Assembly (NCBI GenBank): GCA_965216755.1
Contig: CBDCGL010000011.1
Location: 3,680,001 to 3,744,000, forward strand
Length of the DNA stretch: 64,000 bases
Direction: 5' to 3'
Origin: Alphaproteobacteria bacterium
GTDB lineage: Bacteria; Pseudomonadota; Alphaproteobacteria; UBA7887
The translations under genes were made by a program, and so were the position numbers. Under the pieces are notes generated by a model. It was given only the letters and a program-made list of their open reading frames with translations, did not search any database and was not told the DNA's origin. The stretch's first letter is position 1. Every line of letters begins with the position of its first letter. Of the stretch, positions 46,615 to 56,854 are shown in pieces.

Positions 46615-48258
46615 ATGGGGGACCAAATGGACAGGGACGTTTGTCGGGGGGTCGGATATCGCGGATGGATGCGCGCGTTGATGTGCGGGACGGCAATGGC
46701 GACATGCCTGGCGGCGCTGCCCGCCGCCGCGGAAGAACTTGACGATTTGCGGCGCCAACTCGAGCAAGCGCTGGAGCGCATCGAGACTTTGGAGAGACAG
46801 CAGTCGCAAACCACGGACGATGTGCGCGAAACCCAGGAACGCGTGAATGAAACCCGCAAGCGCGTGCAGGACGTCGAATTGCCGCCACCGCAGCGGGCCG
46901 ATTCAATCGATGACGTGCGGCGCAAGCGGATGATGACCGACAGTCGCATCGACATCGAAGACCGGGTGTTGAGCCAGTTCTTGGACTACGAGCCGGCCGT
47001 GCGTGCGCCTGCGACGCCGGTGAGCCGCGTGACGACCCAACAAAATTATGTCACCGGCGGTGATTTTCCGGGCTCCTACAAATTGCCCGGCACCGACACG
47101 TCCTTGGCCATCTATGGTTTCGTGAAAGGCGACTTCGTCCACAATTTCTCGGCGCGGCGGAACTTCCCCAGCCTTCTGTTCACCTCGACCATTCCGGTTG
47201 ACGGATCGGCGGGCTCAGGGCGCACGGGCGACACCAATTTTCGCGTCAACGCGTCGCAGATCAATATCGAGACCCGGACACCGACAGAGCTTGGCGAGTT
47301 AAAGACCCATTTCCAGTTCGACTTCTTCAACAGCGACCAATCGGCCGGCGGCGGCGAGGAAAACTCGGCCAACGAACTGATTGCCGGCTTGCGCCTGGCC
47401 TATGGCAAAATCGGCAATTTGACCATCGGTCAGGATTGGACCGCGTTCATGAACCTGGCCAGTTATCCGGAGACGGCTGATTTCGAAGGGCCGAATGCGG
47501 AGATTTTCTCGCGTGTGCCTCAGATCAAGTGGTCCGACACCCTGACCAAGGGGTGGAGCTATGAAGTTGGCCTCGACAATCCGTCGGGCAATTTCGAAAC
47601 CAACCTGACCAACGCGGCCGGCGCCACGATTCCCCTGGCAGACATCGAGGACACGACTTTCCCGACCCTGGTTGGCAATGTCCGAACCGAGGGCGATTGG
47701 GGACATTTTCAACTGTCAGGCCAATTGCGTGAAATTGCCTATGACATCGATACCACCGTTGGCACCAACAGCAGTTTCGCGTTCCTCAATCAACGCAGCG
47801 ACAGCGCCGTCGGCTGGGGCTTGGCGGCCTATCTGCAGTTCTTGGATCCGATCGGCCTGCACCCGAACGACAAGCTGACCCTGCTGGGCGCCTATGGCGA
47901 CGGCATCCGCTACATCATCGACACCGGTCTTCTGGCCAAGGGCACCGACGGCGGCATCAATCCGGCCACGGGCGAACTGGAAACGGAAGAGCAGTTTGCC
48001 GCCATGGCCTGGTATCAACATTGGTGGACCAACACAATTCGCTCAACGGTCGTCTATGGCTTGGTCGAAACCGACCCGCTGCCGTTTCAGCCGGCGAATC
48101 ATTTCAAGCGCAGCCAATATCTGGTCGGCAACGTGTTTTGGAGCCCTTGGCCCCGGGTCAACTTGGGCATCGAGGGTCAATATGGCGAATTTAAGCAGAA
48201 CAACGGCCGCAACGGCGAGGCGTACCAAATACAGGCAACCGGTGTGTTTCTCTATTGA
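46615..48258 (+). CDS. DcaP family trimeric outer-membrane porin
   Basis: Signal peptide, coiled coil, FPGSYKLPGTDT..YGFVKGD, LRLAYG..GQDW, C-terminal aromatic residue. Start may be 46627 or 46669. Confidence 0.85.
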   Translation: MGDQMDRDVCRGVGYRGWMRALMCGTAMATCLAALPAAAEELDDLRRQLEQALERIETLERQQSQTTDDVRETQERVNETRKRVQDVELPPPQRADSIDDVRRKRMMTDSRIDIEDRVLSQFLDYEPAVRAPATPVSRVTTQQNYVTGGDFPGSYKLPGTDTSLAIYGFVKGDFVHNFSARRNFPSLLFTSTIPVDGSAGSGRTGDTNFRVNASQINIETRTPTELGELKTHFQFDFFNSDQSAGGGEENSANELIAGLRLAYGKIGNLTIGQDWTAFMNLASYPETADFEGPNAEIFSRVPQIKWSDTLTKGWSYEVGLDNPSGNFETNLTNAAGATIPLADIEDTTFPTLVGNVRTEGDWGHFQLSGQLREIAYDIDTTVGTNSSFAFLNQRSDSAVGWGLAAYLQFLDPIGLHPNDKLTLLGAYGDGIRYIIDTGLLAKGTDGGINPATGELETEEQFAAMAWYQHWWTNTIRSTVVYGLVETDPLPFQPANHFKRSQYLVGNVFWSPWPRVNLGIEGQYGEFKQNNGRNGEAYQIQATGVFLY

Positions 48259-48271
48259 CCGGCTGCCGGCC

Positions 48272-48402
48272 CGACGCCGCAGGCACCTCCCTCGGCGCGT
48301 GGTTGCGGGGGCGTTGCGACCGTCCCCGCGCACTTGAGCGGCGCCTCTCGCCGCCGCTCATGCGACCTCCACCTTTGGGCCCCGTACGCGCGGGGCCCTT
48401 TT
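48272..48402 (+). ncRNA. Candidate 3'-UTR-derived sRNA with four hairpins and CCUC motifs
   Basis: Consecutive stems; loops/linker CACCTC, CCTCTC, ACCTCCACC; ends in a terminator. Confidence 0.4.
48377..48402 (+). terminator. Rho-independent terminator downstream of the porin
   Basis: GGGCCCCG-TACGCG-CGGGGCCC-TTTT. Confidence 0.8.
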
Positions 48403-48450
48403 CTCTCGGCCACGATGTTTCGTAAATCCCGGAGTCCGTTGTTGGCGCGG

Positions 48451-50508
48451 TCAGCTGCCTTCCGCACGCCAGGCCAACATCAAGCCACCCAGCAGCAGTA
48501 TCAACAGCAACCAGGCGGGCATCAGTGTAACTTGGCGCAGACCTGAGACCAAATAATGTTTGTTGGCCAGCAAACCAATCCAGCCGCGGCCGGTCGTCGC
48601 GCGATCGGTCGCGACGCGACGGATATCCGGCGTCGATTGCTCGCTCAGCCAGGTCACCGCGCCCCCATTGGCGCTGGCAAGCGGGGCCAAATGCGCGTCG
48701 GTTGTACGCACATCTGCCACCTCGGCCGGATTTGCGGCGCCGACCACCACGGTTTCAGATTGATCGCCATGGTCCAATCGATAGAGACCCGGCCGATCGA
48801 CTGTGATGGACGCCGTGGCGGCGCCGTCGTCGGTGGCAGACAGCGTGACTTCTTGGCTGCTGCCGTCGGGCGCGGTCACTGTCACCGGTCCAGAGACCGC
48901 GGCCAGACTGCGTCGATCAATCCGCAGCGTTTCGCCGTCGACTCGCGCCACGAGCGCCTCTTCTTCGAGATCGGGTTCCTTCATTAACCAGTGCACCAGG
49001 CGACGCAGCAAGTCGGCTTGTGGCCCGCCACCGTCAACGCCACGCGCCCACAGCCAAGACTGGTCCGACAACAGCTGGGCGATGCGCCCCTCGCCGACAC
49101 GATTGAGCGCCAAGATCGGCCGCTCTTCCGGATCCTGTAGCAAGACCGTGCCGTCGACGACGCGGGCCTCGATCAGGCGGAACCAGCGGCCCCAACCCGG
49201 TTGGTCGCCGTCGCCGCTGCGGCCGCCATCCAGGTCGCCGGTCACCGGATGTCGTCGGCCCTCGACCGTCAGGGCTGGCCGGAACCCTCGCTCAAGGACC
49301 CGCCCCGTCGGTTGGCCCGGCAGAATGGCCCGTAAAGGTGTCGTGGCCAGGCTAAGTTCGCCGGAAAAAGCCACCCCGGCGGTATCGAGGACGGCGCCGC
49401 CGTTGAGCACATAATCGACCACATTGCCCAGATACAACATCGGCAAGATGCCGCGCCGGTGATAGCGATCGAAGATGATCAGGTCGAACTCGTTGAGGTT
49501 GGCGGCAAACAGCTCAGTGGTGGGAAAGGGAATCAGAGACAGCTCGCGCACCGGCGTCAGATCTTGCTTGTCCGGCGGCCGCAAAATCGTGAAATGGATC
49601 AAATCCACGGACGGATCGGCTTTCAGCAAATTGCGCCAGGTCCTCAGGCCCGGGCTCGGTTCGCCAGAGACCAGCATGACGCGCAATCGGTCGCGGACCC
49701 CGTTAATGACCGCGGCGACCCGGTTATTATCCAGCGTCAGTTCGTCGCTGCCGCCTTCAACGGAAAACTCCAAGGCGGTGGTACCAGCGTGTTCAATGAC
49801 GTACGACAATTCCGCGGTCTCACCGACCGCCACGCGGGTCGAGGAGGTCGTGCCATTGTCCGCGCGCACCGTGATCTCGACCGGTTGGCCATGGTTGGCC
49901 GGGTCGTCGACGCGCACGGCGATGCCGACGCGATCACCAACAATTCCGTAGCTCGGTGCCTTTTCGATGAGTAGGCGTCGATCAATCTCGTCGCGCGCCC
50001 CGGTCAGCAGCACATGCAGCGGCCCACTAAGGGGCAACTTGCCATCATCGGGGATGTCGTGCACTTGGCCATCGGTGATGACAATCGCACCGGCAAACCG
50101 TTCGGTCGGAACGTCGGAAAGGGTGTTTGTTAGCGCTTCGATCAGCCGGGTTCCGTCGCCGACACCTGAATCCGCGACGCGCACCGTCCGCAGCTCTAGT
50201 TCGCGTTCGCGTCCCAGGCGCTCTGCGACTTGCGTCGCGGCCGCTTGGGTCCGTTGCCTGCGTGCGCCAATCGACTGGCTGGTGCTTTCGTCGATCACCA
50301 TGACCGCGACATCGGACAATGGCGTGCGACGTTCGTTAAAGAACGTTGGATTGAGGAGCGCCAGGGTCAGTGCGGCCATGACCACTGTTCGCCATATTGT
50401 GCCGGGCACGCGCTTGGTCAGGCCGAACAAAATCAATACAGCGGCCGCGGCCGCCAGCATGCCAATGAGCGCCAGCGGAACGAGAGGGGCGAATTCGATT
50501 CCGCTCAT
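48451..50508 (-). CDS. Membrane protein with class I glutamine amidotransferase-like domain (MoxR operon)
   Basis: NGVRDRLRVMLVSGEP, WRNLLKADPSVDLIHFTILRPP, WLWARG..GGP. Confidence 0.85.
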   Translation of the reverse strand: MSGIEFAPLVPLALIGMLAAAAAVLILFGLTKRVPGTIWRTVVMAALTLALLNPTFFNERRTPLSDVAVMVIDESTSQSIGARRQRTQAAATQVAERLGRERELELRTVRVADSGVGDGTRLIEALTNTLSDVPTERFAGAIVITDGQVHDIPDDGKLPLSGPLHVLLTGARDEIDRRLLIEKAPSYGIVGDRVGIAVRVDDPANHGQPVEITVRADNGTTSSTRVAVGETAELSYVIEHAGTTALEFSVEGGSDELTLDNNRVAAVINGVRDRLRVMLVSGEPSPGLRTWRNLLKADPSVDLIHFTILRPPDKQDLTPVRELSLIPFPTTELFAANLNEFDLIIFDRYHRRGILPMLYLGNVVDYVLNGGAVLDTAGVAFSGELSLATTPLRAILPGQPTGRVLERGFRPALTVEGRRHPVTGDLDGGRSGDGDQPGWGRWFRLIEARVVDGTVLLQDPEERPILALNRVGEGRIAQLLSDQSWLWARGVDGGGPQADLLRRLVHWLMKEPDLEEEALVARVDGETLRIDRRSLAAVSGPVTVTAPDGSSQEVTLSATDDGAATASITVDRPGLYRLDHGDQSETVVVGAANPAEVADVRTTDAHLAPLASANGGAVTWLSEQSTPDIRRVATDRATTGRGWIGLLANKHYLVSGLRQVTLMPAWLLLILLLGGLMLAWRAEGS

Positions 50509-53316
50509 CTAATCTTCGAACGCCGTGTCGTCGTCGTCCTGGCCCAAGCGGCGCAGTATCGACGGAATGTGGACTTGGTCGGCCTTGTAATTGCCGGTCA
50601 GGGCGTACATTGCCAAATTCACCCCGACCCGATAGGCGAATTCGCGCTGACGCTCACCACCGGGTACCACCGGCATCAAAGGCTCACCATAGCGGTTTAC
50701 TGCCCAGGCACCGGCCCAATCGTTGCCGCCGATGATCACCGAAGAAACACCATCATTAATGTCGCCCTCGTAGCGTTCAACCCATACCTGGTTGCTGTTC
50801 CAACGACCAGGAAACGAGTCGAGCAAGTAGAACGCTTGGGTGAGCGCATGGCCGCTGGGGATCACGGTCAGCGGCGGAATATTCAGGCCGTTCAACAAAC
50901 GGCTGAGTGGGCCACTTTGCGGCGTCGTCGAGGCCATTCGGTCGATCGGCGACTGATCCCGGGTATCAAACACAATCATACCGCCGGTCCGAAGGTAGTC
51001 GTCGACCCTTCGTAACACCTGTGGTGTCAGGCTCTCCGCATCTTCGATGACCGGCCAATAAAGCAGTGGATAGAAGGCCAAATCATCGGTTTCGATATCC
51101 AGTGCGACCGGGTCTCCTGGCTCCACCGCGGTGCGTTGGCGCAATACGGCCGACAGGCCAACCAAACCATCTTGGCTCAATTGATCGGTGGTCGGATCGC
51201 CGGTCACGACGTAGGCCAGCCGGGTCTGTTGCGTCACACTGACCGCAGCCTGTTCGTCAAGCTCCGCTTGTGCCAGCGTCGGCGTCGGCCACCCCATCAT
51301 GCCGACGAGCACGCCACCAACCAAAAGTGAACTCGCGGCCTGGCGCGCCTCAGGTCGCGGCAGGCCTATTTCACCGCGCAGCAAAAAGGCGACACCCATG
51401 TCGATCAAAGCCAAAACAAACGCGGCCACCAGCAGCCAACGTCCGATACGGATTTCCCCGCTGCGGCCATAGACCGTGCGCGCGACCCCGGACGGCAGTG
51501 TCGCGTGCGCCGCCATTGTCTCGATGCCGGCGCTCAGATTGACGGCCTGACGGTCGTCGCCGTGGCCATAGAACCCAGGTGGGTGCGTTGGCCCCACCCG
51601 CGTCTGCGCGGCGGTTGTTTCCAGCGGTCGCGCCGTCGCCGGGGCAGCTTCCAAGACGCCAAATCCGTCCAGCGCTTCCAGCGCCGCCATCGGCCCGCGC
51701 GCGCTGGCGCCCGCGACGCCGACTGAAAGATCGACGATCCGTTTCAGCATGTCGACGAAAAGGCCTGAAATCGCCAGGTTCGACCAATCCGTGTTGGCCG
51801 TGATGTGAAACAAAATCAACTGGCCCTGACCGCGTCTGACAGCGGTGACCAGCGGCGTGCCGTCACCGAGCCGTGCCCAGGTTCTCTCGTCCAAATCCAA
51901 AGCCGGTTCCGCCAAAACTTGGCGTTCGACGAGTACGTCGTCGGGAATTGCCAGGCCGGCAAACGGCGAATCGTCCGCGAACGGCCGCAGCGGCATCGGT
52001 TGATCCCACGACAGCGCGCCACCGAGCGCGCGGCCGCCGCCGACGCGCAGCTTGACCGGCACGAAGTCATCGACGCCTTCGGCAAGTCTCGGACCGGCGA
52101 AGCGGACCAACACGCCGCCGCGTTCCACCCAATTTTCCAAGGCGGCGCGGTCATCGCCGACCACCCGTCCGAAATCCGCCAAGATCAGAACGGCAAGGCC
52201 GCTTTCCAGCAAGCTGCTGACCGAACCGCGGCGGATCTCATGAAAGGGACTAAGCGCGCGTTCGAGATAGTAGAGATCTGACAGCAGTGGCTGGCCGGAT
52301 TCAAAACTACCGCCCGAAATCAGGCCGACCGGCCGACGTCGCCAACGCTCGTCCATCAACACCACCGCGCCGGCGCTGGCGTGGCCTTCGATTTCGATGC
52401 GCACGACCTCGTTCTGGACCTCGATCGGCACGGACAAAGCTATGTCGGCCATGGCAGCATCATCGGCGAAGCTGATCCGTTCGCGGGTCATCAGGCGCCC
52501 GTCAGCGGCGGTCGCGCGGATCCACATTGCCGCGGCGGGCCCCGGATTCGGGCGTATGACTTGCGCCTTCAACCGCGCGCTTTCTGCATCTGGCGGCAGC
52601 AATGCCAGTGCCGGATCGTCTCTGTCGGCGGCGTAGTAGCGCACAGGTCCCAGGCGTTGCAGCCGGGCCATCAGGGTCGCCGCCTGCGAATCACCATTGA
52701 CGACCAGATCATTACCCAGCCAGGTGATTCCAGCGGGACCGTCGATGATGTTTTCGAGATCGGCGTCGGCAATTGCCTCGCTCAACGCCAGATAATCCGG
52801 GTGCCAGGGGTGCGGCTGCAGGGCGGCGACAATCTCCTTGGCCTCAGCCGGCGTCGACAAGTCGGAAAGCCGTGGTTTGGCAATGCCATCGTCGCCCGCC
52901 GATGGCGCCGGTGTCGTCGTGGCGACAATAACGGCGCGCCGTTCGCGCGCGGCGGCATCCAAAATCTGGTTGGCGGCATCAACATGTTGGCGCCAGTTAT
53001 GGGCCACGGACCAATCATCATCGATCACCAGAATCATGGGGCCATTGCCCGGCAACCCGGGCGACGGGTTCAGAATCGGCTGGGCGATGGCCAAGATGAT
53101 GAGCGCGGCAAGGGTCAGGCGCAACAGCAACAACCATGGCGGCGTGCGCACGGGTGTCTCTTCGCTCGGTTTCAAGCCGAGTAGATGAAACAGGGTGAAG
53201 GCCAGTCGCTTGGGTGCCGGTGGATAGACGCGCAGAAGCCACCAGATCACCGGCAATGCGGCCAACGCCGCCAGCGCCCAAGGTGTCGCAAACGACAGCG
53301 CGCCGAGGCTTAGCAT
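50509..53316 (-). CDS. BatA N-terminal / DUF4159 domain protein
   Basis: FATPWAL..LP..WWLLR..PP, RTPPWLLLLR; C-terminal FYPLLYWP, NDWAGAWA, YALTGNYKADQVH. Confidence 0.88.
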   Translation of the reverse strand: MLSLGALSFATPWALAALAALPVIWWLLRVYPPAPKRLAFTLFHLLGLKPSEETPVRTPPWLLLLRLTLAALIILAIAQPILNPSPGLPGNGPMILVIDDDWSVAHNWRQHVDAANQILDAAARERRAVIVATTTPAPSAGDDGIAKPRLSDLSTPAEAKEIVAALQPHPWHPDYLALSEAIADADLENIIDGPAGITWLGNDLVVNGDSQAATLMARLQRLGPVRYYAADRDDPALALLPPDAESARLKAQVIRPNPGPAAAMWIRATAADGRLMTRERISFADDAAMADIALSVPIEVQNEVVRIEIEGHASAGAVVLMDERWRRRPVGLISGGSFESGQPLLSDLYYLERALSPFHEIRRGSVSSLLESGLAVLILADFGRVVGDDRAALENWVERGGVLVRFAGPRLAEGVDDFVPVKLRVGGGRALGGALSWDQPMPLRPFADDSPFAGLAIPDDVLVERQVLAEPALDLDERTWARLGDGTPLVTAVRRGQGQLILFHITANTDWSNLAISGLFVDMLKRIVDLSVGVAGASARGPMAALEALDGFGVLEAAPATARPLETTAAQTRVGPTHPPGFYGHGDDRQAVNLSAGIETMAAHATLPSGVARTVYGRSGEIRIGRWLLVAAFVLALIDMGVAFLLRGEIGLPRPEARQAASSLLVGGVLVGMMGWPTPTLAQAELDEQAAVSVTQQTRLAYVVTGDPTTDQLSQDGLVGLSAVLRQRTAVEPGDPVALDIETDDLAFYPLLYWPVIEDAESLTPQVLRRVDDYLRTGGMIVFDTRDQSPIDRMASTTPQSGPLSRLLNGLNIPPLTVIPSGHALTQAFYLLDSFPGRWNSNQVWVERYEGDINDGVSSVIIGGNDWAGAWAVNRYGEPLMPVVPGGERQREFAYRVGVNLAMYALTGNYKADQVHIPSILRRLGQDDDDTAFED

Positions 53317-53350
53317 GGGCCGACCCAACGCGCTGTGGGCAAATCGGTCA

Positions 53351-54259
53351 TCAGCCGCGGCGCCCGCTTTCCGAACGTGCGGCCAGCGCCAGATAAATCG
53401 TCATGAGGGCCAATTCCGGAGGCCGATCGGTGCTGTGGGTGGTGAATGTCCAGCCGACCTTACGGGCAATATCCGCCAAGCCCTCGCGGTGCGTCCGCAC
53501 CCGATCTTGATAGGCGGCGCGCACCGACTCGACGCGCCCAATTGTCAATGAGCCCTCGTCTTCCAGCCCTTCGAATCGGATACGTCCGCTAAACGGCAAT
53601 GTCTCTTCGTCGGGATCGAGGATCTGCATGATATGCCCATGGATGCCGGCCCGCGCGTACCAAGTGACGATGTCGTCGACTTGTTTCAAGGGTGAAAGGA
53701 AATCGCCGATCAATGCCACCTGTCCGTGGCCGGGCAACAGCACCTGTGGTGGTATGCTGGCCGACGCGGCACCCGCGTTCACGTCGGCATCTGGCGTGTC
53801 GGCGTCGACGCCCAAAAGCTGTGCAAAGCGCCCCAGACTGCTGATGCCGCGCATCGGCCGCCGTCCGTCGCCGAGCAGCGCGATCTGTTCGCCGGCTTGC
53901 AGCAACAGCGTCGCCATCGCCAGCATCAGCAGTTGCGCGCGGCGGCCTTTATTGTCGTCAAGGCCGCGCTGGCGATAGCGCATCGATGGCGAGCTGTCAC
54001 ACCACAGCCATATGCTTGCGGCGGCTTCCCATTCTTGTTCGCGCACGAATAAATGATCCGATTTGGCCGATTGGCGCCAATCGATGAGCGTCGCGGAATC
54101 GCCGGATTCATAGCGGCGAAATTGCCAAAAGGTTTCGCCTGTGCCGGCGCGTCGGCGGCCGTGCAACCCTTGCATGACCGTTGCGGCCACGCGTTGGGCG
54201 GCCAACAACAAGGGTGGCAAGCTGGCCGCGATCTGTTCGGCGCGATGTCGCGTGTTCAT
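53351..54259 (-). CDS. DUF58 domain protein
   Basis: GLHGRRRAGTGETFWQFRRY..IDWRQSA..VREQEWE. Confidence 0.9.
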   Translation of the reverse strand: MNTRHRAEQIAASLPPLLLAAQRVAATVMQGLHGRRRAGTGETFWQFRRYESGDSATLIDWRQSAKSDHLFVREQEWEAAASIWLWCDSSPSMRYRQRGLDDNKGRRAQLLMLAMATLLLQAGEQIALLGDGRRPMRGISSLGRFAQLLGVDADTPDADVNAGAASASIPPQVLLPGHGQVALIGDFLSPLKQVDDIVTWYARAGIHGHIMQILDPDEETLPFSGRIRFEGLEDEGSLTIGRVESVRAAYQDRVRTHREGLADIARKVGWTFTTHSTDRPPELALMTIYLALAARSESGRRG

Positions 54260-54309
54260 GATTTCAGCAACCATGCGTCGACAGCCTGTTGCGTATCCGT
54301 TGACCGTGA

Positions 54310-55320
54310 CTACTGGAGTGGTTCACACATGCGCGCGATGACCTGGCTGATCGTCACGCCCTCGGTACGCGCGGCGAAGCCCAAATTCATGCGGTGTTTC
54401 AACACCGGCGCGGCCAAGGCAAGAACATCGTCCACCGATGGCGATAGGCGCCCATCCATCACCGCGCGCGCCCTGGCGACCAACATTAGAGCCTGGCTGG
54501 CGCGCGGGCCGGGCCCCCAGGACACGGTGCGTTTGACCAAATCGATGTCCGATGTCTCGGGGCGGCCGCTGCGCACCAACCTTAGAATTGCATCGACCAC
54601 GCTCTCGCCCACGGGAATCTTACGCAGCAGGTCTTGCGCTGCGCGAAGCTCGTCCGCGGTCATGGCGGCGCGCGCGGCCCGATCGGTCGCGCCGGTGGTT
54701 GCCAATATCATCTCGCGTTCGGCGGCCAGCTCCGGATGATAGATGTCGATCTGCATCATAAAGCGGTCCAACTGCGCCTCAGGCAGCGGATAGGTCCCTT
54801 CTTGTTCGATCGGGTTTTGGGTGGCGATCACGTGGAACGGCTGGGGCAGCTTATGACGATGTCCAGCGATCGAAACTTCCTGCTCCTGCATGGCTTGCAA
54901 CAGGGCTGATTGGGTGCGCGGGCTGGCCCGGTTGATTTCGTCGGCCATCAACAATTGGCAGAAAATCGGGCCCTGGATAAAACGAAATGAGCGACGGCCA
55001 CTTTCGCCTTCTTCAAGCACCTCTGATCCCAAAATATCGGCTGGCATTAAGTCGGGCGTGAATTGCACCCGTTTTTCGGATAAACCCAGGACGACGCCCA
55101 AGGTTTCCGTCAATCTGGTTTTCGCTAGGCCCGGCACGCCGACCAGCAGCGCGTGGCCGCCGGCCAGCAATGTGACCAGTGTTTGATCCACGACCTCGCG
55201 CTGCCCAAATATCATCTCGCCGACCGCCTCACGCACGCTGGACATTTTGGCGCCCAAAGATTCAATCTCGGTGACTAGGCTGTCGGTTTCGTGACTGGCC
55301 GCTGCGGCGTGGCTTGTCAT
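54310..55320 (-). CDS. moxR: MoxR family AAA+ ATPase
   Basis: GVPGLAKT, RVQFTPDLMPADI, ADEINRA, ATQNPIEQEGTYPLPEAQLDRF. Confidence 0.93.
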   Translation of the reverse strand: MTSHAAAASHETDSLVTEIESLGAKMSSVREAVGEMIFGQREVVDQTLVTLLAGGHALLVGVPGLAKTRLTETLGVVLGLSEKRVQFTPDLMPADILGSEVLEEGESGRRSFRFIQGPIFCQLLMADEINRASPRTQSALLQAMQEQEVSIAGHRHKLPQPFHVIATQNPIEQEGTYPLPEAQLDRFMMQIDIYHPELAAEREMILATTGATDRAARAAMTADELRAAQDLLRKIPVGESVVDAILRLVRSGRPETSDIDLVKRTVSWGPGPRASQALMLVARARAVMDGRLSPSVDDVLALAAPVLKHRMNLGFAARTEGVTISQVIARMCEPLQ

Positions 55321-55358
55321 GCTGATCTCGGTCCCATGTGCTAGGTTTGTCCGCGACA

Positions 55359-55997
55359 ATGAAAAACAGAACTATTGATAAGCTTCGGAATGGCGCCACC
55401 CAGTCGGTGTCGGCGCGGGGGGCGAAGTCTGGCCCGGATGATGGCGCGCGGCCGCGGGGATTACAAGCCAAGTCGGATGACACGGCCCAGGCGCAACAGT
55501 ACTTGTGCGGTGACGTAGATATCCGCATCGATCGCGACGGCACCTGGTTTTATCACGGCTCTCCGATCGGACGCAAAGCGCTGGTCAAGTTGTTTGCGTC
55601 GGTCTTGAAACGCGACGAACATGGCGACTATTGGTTGATGACGCCGGTCGAACAGGCGCGGATCACTGTTGACGATGCGCCCTTTTTGGCGGTGTCGCTG
55701 GACCGTGTCGACGGCCCGTCTGGCCCGCGATTACATTTCACGACAAACTTGGACGCGCAGGTCGTCGCCGGACCGGATCACCCCATTCGCGTCGAACACG
55801 ATGCCGAGAGCGGCGCGCCGCGGCCCTATATCACAATCTGCGATGGCCTCGAGGCGTTGATAACGCGCAGCGTCTTTTATCAGCTCGTTGAGCTGGCCGA
55901 GGAAGATCCACGAACCAAGACCATGTTTGTAAACAGCGACGGAATGAGATTTGTGCTTGGCACGACGGCGTCGACGGGCGAATGCGGCAACTGCTGA
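55359..55997 (+). CDS. DUF1285 domain protein
   Basis: IRIDRDGTWFYHGSPI..LVKLFASVL..LMTPVE..VDDAPF. Confidence 0.88.
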   Translation: MKNRTIDKLRNGATQSVSARGAKSGPDDGARPRGLQAKSDDTAQAQQYLCGDVDIRIDRDGTWFYHGSPIGRKALVKLFASVLKRDEHGDYWLMTPVEQARITVDDAPFLAVSLDRVDGPSGPRLHFTTNLDAQVVAGPDHPIRVEHDAESGAPRPYITICDGLEALITRSVFYQLVELAEEDPRTKTMFVNSDGMRFVLGTTASTGECGNC

Positions 55998-56575
55998 AAC
56001 AGCGGTTGGCGGGGCGGGTGGCGGTCGACACGATTCTGGCAGGCGTTTCGAACCAAGATCCCTTGTTGAATGATGCCAATGACATGCGTGCGGCGGCGGT
56101 GTTGGTGCCCTTGGTCGACCATCCTGACGGCATGACCGTACTGTTGACGCAACGCACCGAGCATTTGTCCGACCATGCCGGGCAGGTCAGCTTTCCAGGT
56201 GGTCGGGTCGAAGCCGGCGATGCCGACGATGTCGCGACCGCGCTCCGCGAGACCGAAGAAGAAATTGGTCTTGATCGTGGCCATGTGGACATTGTGGGGC
56301 ATTTGGACACATGCATTACCGGCACCGGTTTTCGGGTTACGCCCGTTGTCGGTGTGGTGACACCACCGTTCTCTCTCACGCTTGACAGTTTTGAAGTTGC
56401 AGAGGTGTTCGAAGTACCGCTTGCGTTCGTGCTCGATGCCAGCAACCATCAGCGGCGCGCCGCGCGCTTTCGTGGTGTTCGTCGCGAGTTTTACGTTCTA
56501 CCCTACGAGGATCGATATATTTGGGGAGCGACGGCACGGATGTTGGTCAATCTGCATGATTTGGTAACCGCCTGA
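55982..56575 (+). CDS. CoA pyrophosphatase (Nudix, NudL-like)
   Basis: AAVLVP, LLTQR..HAGQVSFPGG, ALRETEEEIG, IWGATA. Confidence 0.9.
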   Translation: MRQLLKQRLAGRVAVDTILAGVSNQDPLLNDANDMRAAAVLVPLVDHPDGMTVLLTQRTEHLSDHAGQVSFPGGRVEAGDADDVATALRETEEEIGLDRGHVDIVGHLDTCITGTGFRVTPVVGVVTPPFSLTLDSFEVAEVFEVPLAFVLDASNHQRRAARFRGVRREFYVLPYEDRYIWGATARMLVNLHDLVTA

Positions 56576-56578
56576 GCA

Positions 56579-56854
56579 ATGCGTTTATTCTTGACCAAAA
56601 TATTGCCCTTGTTGCTGCCCGTTGCGATCTATTTGGCGTGGCATTTTCACGCCCGACGCAAGGCGCTGGCCAGTGGCATCACGGCACCGAGCGTGCGCGA
56701 CGCGCCGTGGACGTGGATTGTCGCGGCCGGTCTTACGGTCATGATCTTGGCGTTGGTTGGACTCGGTCTTTTTACGGGCGACGAGCCGGGTGGTGTCTAT
56801 GTGCCGCCCTATATGGAAGACGGCAAGATCGTGCCCGGCCATATCGAACGTTAG
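56579..56854 (+). CDS. DUF6111 family small membrane protein
   Basis: Two TM segments and C-terminal YVPP..DGKIVPG; typical position before cca. Confidence 0.8.
   Translation: MRLFLTKILPLLLPVAIYLAWHFHARRKALASGITAPSVRDAPWTWIVAAGLTVMILALVGLGLFTGDEPGGVYVPPYMEDGKIVPGHIER

Noticed and set aside
48451-55320. MoxR-DUF58-BatA/DUF4159-GATase operon as a novel system
   Set aside because: A widespread conserved alphaproteobacterial operon in its usual context; nothing atypical seen.
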